From Ruminococcus albus 7 = DSM 20455 (GTDB lineage Bacteria > Bacillota > Clostridia > Oscillospirales > Ruminococcaceae): a stretch of DNA of 32,000 nt. The stretch covers positions 270,001-302,000 of the forward strand of contig NC_014825.1 of NCBI RefSeq assembly GCF_000179635.2, given 5' to 3'. Both the position numbers and the translations under genes were made by a program. A model generated the notes under the pieces. That model was not told the origin of the DNA. It ran no database searches and saw only the letters and a list, made by a program, of their open reading frames with translations. Positions 1 through 7,158 of this stretch are shown in pieces (the stretch's first letter is position 1; each line of letters begins with the position of its first letter).

Positions 1-121
1 CATTAACGGTGGTCTTGTCCAGCATCCAATCGGGAAGCTCACGCTCTTTCTTCTTTTCAGGTGAAACGGTTGCCGAGGCATTCTCCCCATTCTTCGATAC
101 ATCGTTTGTATTCTCGTTCAA
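1..121 (-). CDS. 5' end of an unidentified gene that runs off the left edge (start unresolved)
   Basis: The minus-strand frame ...TGLNENTNDVSKNGENASATVSPEKKKERELPDWMLDKTTVN stays open to base 1. A candidate TTG start at 121 lies 9 nt after a GGAGG. The alternative ATG at 25 has no SD. The ORF overlaps the 3' end of the CHC2 gene. Confidence 0.3.
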   Translation of the reverse strand, partial: MNENTNDVSKNGENASATVSPEKKKERELPDWMLDKTTVN

Positions 122-671
122 TCCTGTCTACCTCCGTTTTTATTTCTTCCTGTTGCTCTTTGTCGAAACGATTGAACGTTTCAAGCATATACTCCGCATA
201 GCCGATATTCTGCAAAGCGTATACGAAACGCCTGTCCGTTTCATCATCGGGAGAAGTCGGAACATAAAGCATTTTGTACTTGTCCAGCAAAGTAAAATAC
301 CTGAGCAGAACATCATACATATGCTCCGCCCTTGCTTTCTCTGCCTTACGCTCGGCGATCTCCCTGCGCCGTCTGTTGACTTTCTCCATATCCGGTGGCT
401 TGTCCACGTCCAGACCAAGTGCAAAATCGCTGTTGAGCTGTTTCACCGCTTCGATAGATGACAAGCCGAAAAGCTCCTGCACCAGCTTGATAACATCGCC
501 GTGTGCCTGACAACCGAAACAGTAATAGTGGTCATCATACAGCTTGCAGGACGGGTGACGCTCCCTGTGGAATGGACAGAGCGCCATGTTTCCTCGGTGG
601 ACTTCCACGCCGTAACTGCGGGCGGCGGTGGGTACGTCCACAAGCTCTTTTACTTCATCAAATATTGTCAT
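57..671 (-). CDS. CHC2 zinc-finger, DnaG/primase-N-terminal-like protein (mobile-element replication/priming)
   Basis: The translation contains CPFHRERHPSCKLYDDHYYCFGCQAHGDVIKLV, the CHC2 zinc-finger pattern (CPFH..E..PS....CFGC...GDVI). I prefer the ATG at 669-671 (MTIFDEV...) because GGAGG lies 7 nt upstream on the minus strand. The longer ORF to 704 has no SD. Confidence 0.8.
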   Translation of the reverse strand: MTIFDEVKELVDVPTAARSYGVEVHRGNMALCPFHRERHPSCKLYDDHYYCFGCQAHGDVIKLVQELFGLSSIEAVKQLNSDFALGLDVDKPPDMEKVNRRRREIAERKAEKARAEHMYDVLLRYFTLLDKYKMLYVPTSPDDETDRRFVYALQNIGYAEYMLETFNRFDKEQQEEIKTEVDRIEREYKRCIEEWGECLGNRFT

Positions 672-708
672 TAAAAGACCTCCTTCACATACAGCCTTTT
701 TCACCCCA

Positions 709-734
709 AAAGTTGTACGAAAACGTACAACTTT
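709..734. promoter_or_regulatory. Perfect palindrome AAAGTTGTACG-aaaa-CGTACAACTTT, putative operator upstream of the primase-like gene
   Basis: The 11-bp arms were read directly. A 24-nt core (711-734) recurs 23/24 identical at 30041-30064, upstream of the replisome-organizer-like gene. Confidence 0.5.
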
Positions 735-770
735 AAATAAAATATGTTTTTATTAAATTAAAAATCATAT

Positions 771-806
771 GTTATCACAAAATGAGAGCCTGCATTTTGT
801 GATAAC
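771..806. promoter_or_regulatory. 14-bp perfect inverted repeat GTTATCACAAAATG-N8-CATTTTGTGATAAC (operator-like or hairpin)
   Basis: Read directly. It ends 23 bp upstream of the -35 of the STAND gene promoter, in the divergent intergenic region. Confidence 0.4.
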
Positions 807-828
807 AGCACAGCACATTTCCCGATAC

Positions 829-857
829 TTGAAATACATATCGCTTTGTGCTATAAT
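829..857 (+). promoter_or_regulatory. Sigma-70/SigA-type promoter with extended -10
   Basis: TTGAAA (829-834), a 17-nt spacer whose last three bases are TGC (extended -10), then TATAAT (852-857). It lies 34 nt upstream of the ATG at 891. Confidence 0.6.
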
Positions 858-890
858 GTATATTGGATAATTATTGAAAGGCGGCTATCT

Positions 891-3419
891 ATGTACAAGT
901 TCTGCGACTTTCAGTCTGTTACCAAATTGCTGTACAGTGGGCTGATAAAATCTACGATCAAATCATATAACGTAATGATGAGCGACCTTTTTGGTGCATA
1001 TAACGCCGCTGAAAGAAAACAGGCGTTTACAAGCAGTGAGCTTTCACGTCTGGGCAACGGTAAGCGTGTGCCGTCAAAAACGTGGGTAGACTTCTATCAG
1101 CGGAATGATAAGTCTGTCATGATCGCAGATATTATGAGCATTATTCCAAATATCGTAGATAAAACATCAATGCAGAAAGCACTGTTTGAGCTTTACACCA
1201 ACGACAGATTTATCCCCGATGATTATATGCAGATATTTTTATCAAGCCATAAACCTGAATATTCCGATGATAACGCACTTGCGGAACTCATTTATGATGT
1301 TCTGTTCATTTCTATCGTCCGTCCTTATGAAGAAAAAACAAAGGAATGTTTTGTAGTTATACCCTTTGATGTTTCCGAGAATGAAGTTCCGTTTACAGAT
1401 CAGAAAGCCGATGTACTGCCCACTGTAAACATAAAATCTCCGGAATCGCCTGACACATTGTTCGCCAACAGCGAATATGTACCGCCGTGTCCGCATTTCT
1501 GCGGTTATGCGTCTGATATTGATGACCTGAACACAATGTTTGCAAAGGACAACAAGCTGTTTGTGACAGGCTATCCCTGTGTTGGCAAAAGTGAGTTTGT
1601 TCGTGCTTATATTGAGAAATACCGTTCCCAATATAAGAAAATCGGTTATTATTTTTACAGCGGCAGCCTGCGTTCGATCATTGCAAATATGAACTCGGAT
1701 ATGCCTGTATCGCTGAGTGATACAAATAACGCTCTCTACATAAGCAACCTTAATATTCTCCACACACTTGATGAAAGCACCCTTATCGTTATTGACAATT
1801 TCAACGTCGGCATTGAAGATGATGAATGTGCGGACGATATTCTCAAACTGAAATGCAGGGTCATCTTTACTTCACGCAGGCGATATGAGGGAGTGACTAC
1901 ATTCAAGCTAAATGGTATTTCCAAGAATGACGGAATGGAGCTTGTAGAAAAGTTTTTTGACAACCCCACGCCTTTAGCTGAACATAGGCTTAAGGGCATT
2001 GTCAGTATGCTCGGAAGAAATCCTCTTTTCATAGAAATAGTCGGCAAAATGCTGATAAAGGGCGGCTGTACAACCGAAAGATTAGATTTTGAGCTTCTCG
2101 CCGGAGACTATTCCAAATTTGATCAAAAAGTAACCTTCACAAAAGATGGAAAACTCATGAAAGAGTCTCTTATCGGTGTTCTGAGAAATATGTTCGGATT
2201 TTCTGAACTCTCGGAGGTTCATCGCAAGGTTCTGTGTATGATGCACGTTGCAGTAGAAGCCCCCATACGAAAAGATGCAGCAATAGCCATGTTTGGGATT
2301 AACAGCGTTCAGCCGATAGACGATCTGATCGACGCAGGTTTTGTATCGGAAACTTCAAACGGCATGATACAGATGAGCCATTTCATATCGGAGATTGTTT
2401 TCAGCGCCCTGAAACCCGACAAGAATATCTGCCGTGAGCTGATAGACCGAATCAGGCTTATCGGAAAAGATGAAAGTATTCAGTGCGATTTCGGCGATAT
2501 AAGAAATATCATAGCTGAGTTTGCATTTTTCCCCATAGTAAAGCCTGACACTGAAGCCGTGGAGGTCGCCTTCGACTGTTTCAAATTCTTTTGGCGTATC
2601 CATGATATTGAACGTATGGAAGAACTGAATGAGAGAACCTTTACCCTTCGTGGATTGACAGAGCCGAAACAGCTTGCGATACAAGAACTGGAAGAAGCCG
2701 CTATCGAAGCCGAAAAGAGAAATTATGTCAAGGCATTGGAATTTCAGAAAAACGCCATTGAAAAAATCATGGCACTTGATGATGAATATCTGAAAGCAGA
2801 AGCTGTAAGCAGCTATGCCTATTACCTTGAATATTCGGAAACGGCTGATTCCACCGAAGAATTATATGAAGCCTACCAAAGAGGTATAGAACTGTTTGAA
2901 GGTCTTGAACTTGATAACGGCGGCAAAGTGGAACAATGCCGTATCATCACCCGTTATGCCTACTTGCTCCTCATGACCTGTAAAACAGATGAAGCACTTG
3001 CGTGGGCTGATAGAGCCGTTAATACACTTGCAAATCTCAGACCAAGAACTGTACCCAGATATGAGTCTTTTGCCGATGCGCTATATGTCGGAGGGCTGTG
3101 CCATTTGCTTAAAAATGATGATAAAATCGCAAAATTTGAACTGGACAGGGCTTTCCGCATATACTTAATGGATCACAAAAGAGAATCCGATTTCATCGAA
3201 GACAAGCTCGAATGGGTATTCAATTTTGCCTTAGATGTGGACTCTGATATTATGGAAACGAAGCCTTTGAAATATCTGTTTGAGGTTGAAGATGATTACG
3301 ATGATGACCTTGATGATGACGATCTGATCGATGACGATGAAGAGTTCTTCCTTGATCCCGATGCCTTTACAGAAGATGAGGACACCGATAAATCCGACTC
3401 ATCAGATGAAATCGAATAA
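891..3419 (+). CDS. STAND (NB-ARC/AP-ATPase-like) P-loop NTPase with C-terminal TPR-like helical repeats, an unknown ~215-aa N-terminal domain and a poly-acidic tail
   Basis: Walker A is GYPCVGKS (nt 1569-1592) and Walker B is LIVID (nt 1782-1796). RVIFTSRR and LGRNPLFIEIVGKML resemble the NB-ARC RNBS-B and GxP motifs. The C-terminal half is rich in A/L/Y/E helical repeats (YVKALEFQKNAIE, AYQRGIELFEGL, ALAWADRAVNTL). The ATG at 891 follows GAAAGG. The TTG at 846 in the ORF track overlaps the -10 box and is rejected. Confidence 0.7.
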   Translation: MYKFCDFQSVTKLLYSGLIKSTIKSYNVMMSDLFGAYNAAERKQAFTSSELSRLGNGKRVPSKTWVDFYQRNDKSVMIADIMSIIPNIVDKTSMQKALFELYTNDRFIPDDYMQIFLSSHKPEYSDDNALAELIYDVLFISIVRPYEEKTKECFVVIPFDVSENEVPFTDQKADVLPTVNIKSPESPDTLFANSEYVPPCPHFCGYASDIDDLNTMFAKDNKLFVTGYPCVGKSEFVRAYIEKYRSQYKKIGYYFYSGSLRSIIANMNSDMPVSLSDTNNALYISNLNILHTLDESTLIVIDNFNVGIEDDECADDILKLKCRVIFTSRRRYEGVTTFKLNGISKNDGMELVEKFFDNPTPLAEHRLKGIVSMLGRNPLFIEIVGKMLIKGGCTTERLDFELLAGDYSKFDQKVTFTKDGKLMKESLIGVLRNMFGFSELSEVHRKVLCMMHVAVEAPIRKDAAIAMFGINSVQPIDDLIDAGFVSETSNGMIQMSHFISEIVFSALKPDKNICRELIDRIRLIGKDESIQCDFGDIRNIIAEFAFFPIVKPDTEAVEVAFDCFKFFWRIHDIERMEELNERTFTLRGLTEPKQLAIQELEEAAIEAEKRNYVKALEFQKNAIEKIMALDDEYLKAEAVSSYAYYLEYSETADSTEELYEAYQRGIELFEGLELDNGGKVEQCRIITRYAYLLLMTCKTDEALAWADRAVNTLANLRPRTVPRYESFADALYVGGLCHLLKNDDKIAKFELDRAFRIYLMDHKRESDFIEDKLEWVFNFALDVDSDIMETKPLKYLFEVEDDYDDDLDDDDLIDDDEEFFLDPDAFTEDEDTDKSDSSDEIE

Positions 3420-4154
3420 CCTCAGCAGCACATCAATCACCACAGCAACAGGTGCGGCATAGTACAAAACATCGCCAATCGTTCTGACGGTGCAGAAACG
3501 TTTTACTGACTTGCTGATTTGCTCGGAAGCATTTTCCGCCGCCGCTGTTGCCGATCTCACGCTGTTGGTGCAGGAAGTTATATCCTTCTCCATCTGATCG
3601 CTGTTTGCCTGCACATACTGCATCAGCTCGTTGATGGCTTCTTTCTCCTGCGCTTTGACCTGATGATAGATGTTGTAAACACTGTCAGAGACCTCTGTCC
3701 TGACGCTTTTTGCGTACTGCTCTTGCAGGCTCAGGTTCTGCATCTGATGTTCGGACAACCTTTGTATTTCGGCGTTTATAGCTGTCGAATAGTTCTTCAA
3801 AAGTTGGCACATCTTTAGCGTTGCCGTTACCAGAAGAAGGACTCTCTCGTCCCTCTGTGCGTCCACTGACGATACTCCGATCTCCTCCGCCATTTCCCGA
3901 ACTCTCGTTTCGATTGCGTCCAGTTCCGGCAAAGGTGCTGCCTGTTTCTTGGTTTCCATTGGTCTTACCCCCTGTCTCTGTGCCTTGTGTGATTGTTCGT
4001 ACTCCCTGTGGATACGCTCCGCTTCTTTTATCATCTGTTCCCGTGTAAAGACCGCCGTTTGCTGTTTGTGTTCTGTCTGCGGTTCTTGTACTGTCGGCGG
4101 TGAGGGCTTCGGCTCTGTCGGCTTCTTGCCCTCGCCAAATCTTGGTAAGCTCAT
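3402..4154 (-). CDS. Coiled-coil protein with a C-terminal TM helix, nested out of frame in the relaxase 3' end (MobB-like accessory candidate)
   Basis: It has its own ATG at 4154, preceded by GAAAGGAA at 6-nt spacing on the minus strand. The composition looks protein-like (REQMIKEAERIHREYEQ..., heptad-like Q/E/K stretches) and ends in the hydrophobic IGDVLYYAAPVAVVIDVLLRLF. It overlaps the relaxase ORF by 470 nt. Confidence 0.5.
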   Translation of the reverse strand: MSLPRFGEGKKPTEPKPSPPTVQEPQTEHKQQTAVFTREQMIKEAERIHREYEQSHKAQRQGVRPMETKKQAAPLPELDAIETRVREMAEEIGVSSVDAQRDERVLLLVTATLKMCQLLKNYSTAINAEIQRLSEHQMQNLSLQEQYAKSVRTEVSDSVYNIYHQVKAQEKEAINELMQYVQANSDQMEKDITSCTNSVRSATAAAENASEQISKSVKRFCTVRTIGDVLYYAAPVAVVIDVLLRLFDFI

Positions 4155-4971
4155 ATTTGATTCCTTTCACTGTATATTTGTCACCCAGCTTACTGCCCCT
4201 GACCGAGACAAGTTTACCGTTCTTATCGGTATAATTCGGGTGACGGTAGGATATAGTGTTGCCCTTGACACGGCATTCCACATGATAATGCTTCATCAGG
4301 GCATTGACCACATCTTCTAAAGTTTTGTTGTTCGAGTCGGCGCACTCGATACGAATGACTTCCCGAAGTTCATCTTTGAATGTTTCCTTACCCTTAGCTT
4401 TCATCTGCTTCTCGGCAAAGGTTTCCTTGTCACGGTCGGGATCATCGTTATAATAATCCTTACGGACAGAGTGTACAAGCCCTCGCTTCATGCACTGCTC
4501 CCCGAAAAATTCGCACATGGTCTGCAAATCTTTCTGACTGCGGCGGTATGCCTTGCCTGTGACGGTGTGGCAGTTGCCCAGAAGAAAATGGACGTGCTTG
4601 TGCGGTTTGTCGGTGTGAACGGCAAACATGACCTGATAGCCGTCAAAAAACTTCTCGGCGAACTCCTTTGCAATGTTAAACACTTCTTCATAGGTCAGCT
4701 TGTCATTATCATCGGGAGAGAACGACAGCGACATCTTGAACGCAAGGTTCGTCCGCTTGTTATCACGCTTGCCGAACAGCTTTCGTGTGGTGAGAATGTC
4801 ACAAGAATAAATGTTGCGGTCGCAGTTCATCTCCCAGCACAAATGCGGCGCAGTTTTTATGACACCTGCCTGCTGCTGTTCGGGCAGCTCACCCAGCATA
4901 TACCGTGAAGCCCGGTCAAGCTGTATCTGCGATTTGCAGGGTTTATAGTCCACATTGACATTTCCGTACAT
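3685..4971 (-). CDS. MobA/VirD2-family relaxase (mobilization nuclease)
   Basis: The histidine triad region HTDKPHKHVHFLL (HxDxxHxHxH-type) lies in the N-terminal ~250 aa. The gene sits immediately downstream of mobC with a TGATG stop/start overlap (ATG 4969-4971). The C-terminal ~155 aa are low-complexity G/T/R/S/N and overlap the nested ORF. Confidence 0.8.
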   Translation of the reverse strand: MYGNVNVDYKPCKSQIQLDRASRYMLGELPEQQQAGVIKTAPHLCWEMNCDRNIYSCDILTTRKLFGKRDNKRTNLAFKMSLSFSPDDNDKLTYEEVFNIAKEFAEKFFDGYQVMFAVHTDKPHKHVHFLLGNCHTVTGKAYRRSQKDLQTMCEFFGEQCMKRGLVHSVRKDYYNDDPDRDKETFAEKQMKAKGKETFKDELREVIRIECADSNNKTLEDVVNALMKHYHVECRVKGNTISYRHPNYTDKNGKLVSVRGSKLGDKYTVKGIKYELTKIWRGQEADRAEALTADSTRTADRTQTANGGLYTGTDDKRSGAYPQGVRTITQGTETGGKTNGNQETGSTFAGTGRNRNESSGNGGGDRSIVSGRTEGRESPSSGNGNAKDVPTFEELFDSYKRRNTKVVRTSDAEPEPARAVRKKRQDRGL

Positions 4972-5324
4972 CACTTAACGCCTTTAATGCTGAACTTCGG
5001 ATTATCCAGAAATGCAAGAATCCGCTTCATGACGGCTTCATTGGTAATTCGGATAGCCCCGATCTCGGCTCTGACCTTATCGTCCTGCCCGATGTTGGAA
5101 TAGTAAGCAAGCTGATTGAGGTTCGTGCCGATCTTGCGAATCTCGTGGATAAGCGGTGCGATGTCATCTGCCACGCTGTAGATCCTGACTTCGCTGTCCC
5201 TGATTGCTTGCATCAGATAGTCGGTCTTGCTCAGTCCGCTTGTTTCATGCTTGGTATTCCAGAGCTGAAGCTCCTCGTCGGTCAGTTTCAGACTGATCGA
5301 GTGATAGCGCTTTCTGTTTATCAT
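4971..5324 (-). CDS. mobC: MobC-family relaxosome accessory protein
   Basis: This 117-aa protein contains the IRKIGTNLNQLAYY motif characteristic of the bacterial mobilisation protein MobC family. A GAAAGGA SD lies upstream of the ATG at 5324. The gene is directly upstream of, and coupled to, the relaxase. Confidence 0.8.
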   Translation of the reverse strand: MINRKRYHSISLKLTDEELQLWNTKHETSGLSKTDYLMQAIRDSEVRIYSVADDIAPLIHEIRKIGTNLNQLAYYSNIGQDDKVRAEIGAIRITNEAVMKRILAFLDNPKFSIKGVK

Positions 5325-5683
5325 TTTTATCCTTTCTCCGCCTGCGGCGGTCTTAGGGGAAGGTCTCGGAGGGGGAACGTCTCTGAGCAGGGAGACCGAT
5401 GTGTCACTACATCGGTGCTACCTGCCCGGCGCAATCCGACGGGTCACGGTCCTGTTATTACAAGACATCACGGCGATAAGCCGTTTTTTCATAAGCAATT
5501 CGCTCCGCCGATTGCGTTCGAGTCTGCAAATTCCTCTGTGATATTTGCAGGCTTTCTCTTTTCGCATAAAATGCTATCGGGCATTTTTGCGTTATATCCC
5601 CGATTTTTCCACCGTCTATTGGTTTGTTGCTGTTGTTGTAACACTCCGATATATGTACGGCGGTAAAGCTGTTTCAAGCAGTA
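5325..5683 (-). promoter_or_regulatory. Hairpin-dense leader upstream of mobC, putative oriT and promoter region
   Basis: The 5338-5450 stretch is visibly GC-rich and holds several inverted repeats. These are CCGCC-tgc-GGCGG (5338-5350), GGTCTC...GAGACC (5362-5397) and CCGATGT-gtcact-ACATCGG (5397-5416). Two more lie further right, GCAAAT...ATTTGC (5525-5548) and CGCATAAAATGC-tatcgg-GCATTTTTGCG (5563-5591). A possible minus-strand promoter is TTGAAA-17/18 nt-TATATC near 5650-5677. The nic site is not identified. Confidence 0.35.
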
Positions 5684-6145
5684 TCAGCCGCCGATAAAAT
5701 CGAAATCAATACCGGAATAATCATCATTTTCGCTGTTATCAGCGTTGCCAAAGCCCTCCGCGGCGCTCGGATTGCCGCTCACGGCATATCCTCTGCTGTC
5801 CATTGTTCCCATGGGAACAGCTCGAATCTCATTGAACTGTACAGGGTAACTGCTGTTCAGACTCAGCATCAGACTTGCGAGAAACTTCGGCATTTCGGCG
5901 ATAAACGCCTTGCCTACCTCGCTGACGATCTGCTGAATGAAACGCTCCTCACGCTGACGGGTCTCGAAATACGGGTCATCAGCCAGTTTTCCCATACGGT
6001 CAAAGTAGTCATTGACCGCCGTAATGGCTGCAACATTGGTGGACTTGATCTTGTCCTTATCATAGTTATGAAGATAGTCCCAGGCTTTGGCGTGTTCGGG
6101 GTTATCCATATTGAAGCGGAAACAAGTAGTCAGAACCTTGCTCAT
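5684..6145 (-). CDS. ParR-like partition adaptor candidate (putative ribbon-helix-helix N-terminus, acidic C-terminus)
   Basis: It lies immediately downstream of parM with a 4-nt ATGA overlap, the canonical parM-parR order. The N-terminus TTCFRFNMDNPEHAKAWDYL fits a beta-strand then helix pattern. No family motif was recognised. Confidence 0.4.
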   Translation of the reverse strand: MSKVLTTCFRFNMDNPEHAKAWDYLHNYDKDKIKSTNVAAITAVNDYFDRMGKLADDPYFETRQREERFIQQIVSEVGKAFIAEMPKFLASLMLSLNSSYPVQFNEIRAVPMGTMDSRGYAVSGNPSAAEGFGNADNSENDDYSGIDFDFIGG

Positions 6146-7065
6146 TTCTTCTCCTCCTTTTTAAGCTGTGCAACGGCGAAATATTCATAGCCCTTTGCAG
6201 AAGCCTTAATGTCCTCGATGATAGTTACTCTATCCTTATCATAGTTTCCGAAATTTTTGATGAGCTTTCCTCCGCCGCCCGTGATGTAAAGGCGCATCAT
6301 TTTCGGGTCATATTCATACTTGCGGAGCAGAGCAAAAATGCTCTCGGCGTATTCGGAAATTGCCTGTCTGAGAACCTCGGCATACTCGCTGTCAATGTCG
6401 GCAGTTCCGTAACGGATCATCGACTGGATAATGGTCTCGTCAACGGTCACGCCCAGCTTGTTCATCATAGCATTGGACGCAGCCTTTACGCACTGGTTCA
6501 CGCCCATTTTCTCGGTGTAGGTTTTGGTGTTGATGACACGCTTGTTGCTGACGAAAATGATGTTGACCGTTCCGTTGCCGATGTCTGCAATCATGCTGAG
6601 ACCTGTCATATCGTTCAGCTTGTCCACCACGGCAGCGTAGCCCTGCGGATACACATAGCAACCGATGATGCGGACGGAGTAGAGCTTGTCCTCGTATTTG
6701 AAGTCCACGCTCTCCCTCTGCAACATATACTTGCGGAAATCCTCACGCTGTCTGCCTACCCAGGTGATCGGCAGTCCTACAGCGAGGTAAATCTTAGCCG
6801 AGGTGATGCCCTCTTGGTTCAGCTCACGGGCGATACCCATAAGCGTGAAGATGTAGTTGTCATCGTCCTGCCACTTGTCGGCAAGATACTCCTTGTGTCC
6901 CTCACCGATCTGATAGTAGTTCCCTTCAAAGAAAAGAGTATTTTTCGTAAAGGTCGGTGCGGCATCGAGCTTGGTGATGCCTGTGGGCGTGACCGTGTTG
7001 GCGGTCTTGATGTTGCCGTAACCGTGGTCGATGCCCACGATCAGGAAGTCGTTATAGTGTTTCAT
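6142..7065 (-). CDS. parM: ParM/StbA-family actin-like plasmid segregation ATPase
   Basis: Actin-fold phosphate-1 motif VGIDHGYGNIKT at the N-terminus, then ADIGNGTVNI (phosphate-2) and ITGGGGKL (adenosine motif). A GGAGGAATA SD precedes the ATG at 7065. Confidence 0.8.
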   Translation of the reverse strand: MKHYNDFLIVGIDHGYGNIKTANTVTPTGITKLDAAPTFTKNTLFFEGNYYQIGEGHKEYLADKWQDDDNYIFTLMGIARELNQEGITSAKIYLAVGLPITWVGRQREDFRKYMLQRESVDFKYEDKLYSVRIIGCYVYPQGYAAVVDKLNDMTGLSMIADIGNGTVNIIFVSNKRVINTKTYTEKMGVNQCVKAASNAMMNKLGVTVDETIIQSMIRYGTADIDSEYAEVLRQAISEYAESIFALLRKYEYDPKMMRLYITGGGGKLIKNFGNYDKDRVTIIEDIKASAKGYEYFAVAQLKKEEKK

Positions 7066-7131
7066 TGGTATTCCTCCAATCTTTTATTCAGTCATTCGGA
7101 TAGCTGTGCGCTGTCCTTTGGCTGTAATTTT

Positions 7132-7140
7132 AGTATAGCA
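7132..7140 (-). promoter_or_regulatory. Extended -10 element (TGCTATACT on the minus strand) of the parM promoter
   Basis: The minus strand reads TGC-TATACT, about 65 nt upstream of the parM ATG. There is no good -35. The iterons begin about 20 bp further upstream. Confidence 0.4.
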
Positions 7141-7158
7141 CAGATCGGCTCTCAGTGG

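Noticed and set aside
9-736. Plus-strand ORFs 9-461, 274-510 and 503-736, and the minus-strand ORFs 140-424 and 443-643
   Set aside because: All lie antisense to, or out of frame within, the well-supported CHC2 zinc-finger gene. They have no SD and a low-complexity or odd composition.
771-806. DnaA-box reading of TTATCACA inside the 14-bp inverted repeat
   Set aside because: The consensus DnaA box is the 9-mer TTATCCACA. The sequence here is one base short. Only the two palindromic copies exist and there is no box cluster.
846-890. TTG start at 846 for the STAND gene, as given in the ORF track
   Set aside because: The TTG lies within the spacer and extended -10 of the predicted promoter (TGCTATAAT at 849-857). 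The ATG at 891 has a GAAAGG SD, so the 15-codon extension is unlikely.
3685-4154. Treating the relaxase/nested-ORF overlap as a sequencing frameshift in one long relaxase gene
   Set aside because: This is not adopted as the primary reading because the second frame begins with its own ATG and a well-spaced SD. It is kept as an alternative in the finding, since it cannot be excluded without homolog comparison.
5145-5677. ORFs 5145-5666 (+, 173 aa) and 5489-5677 (-, 62 aa)
   Set aside because: The first is antisense to mobC and then runs through the hairpin-rich leader. Its peptide is low-complexity (CCCC, RGRSRRG). Neither ORF has an SD.
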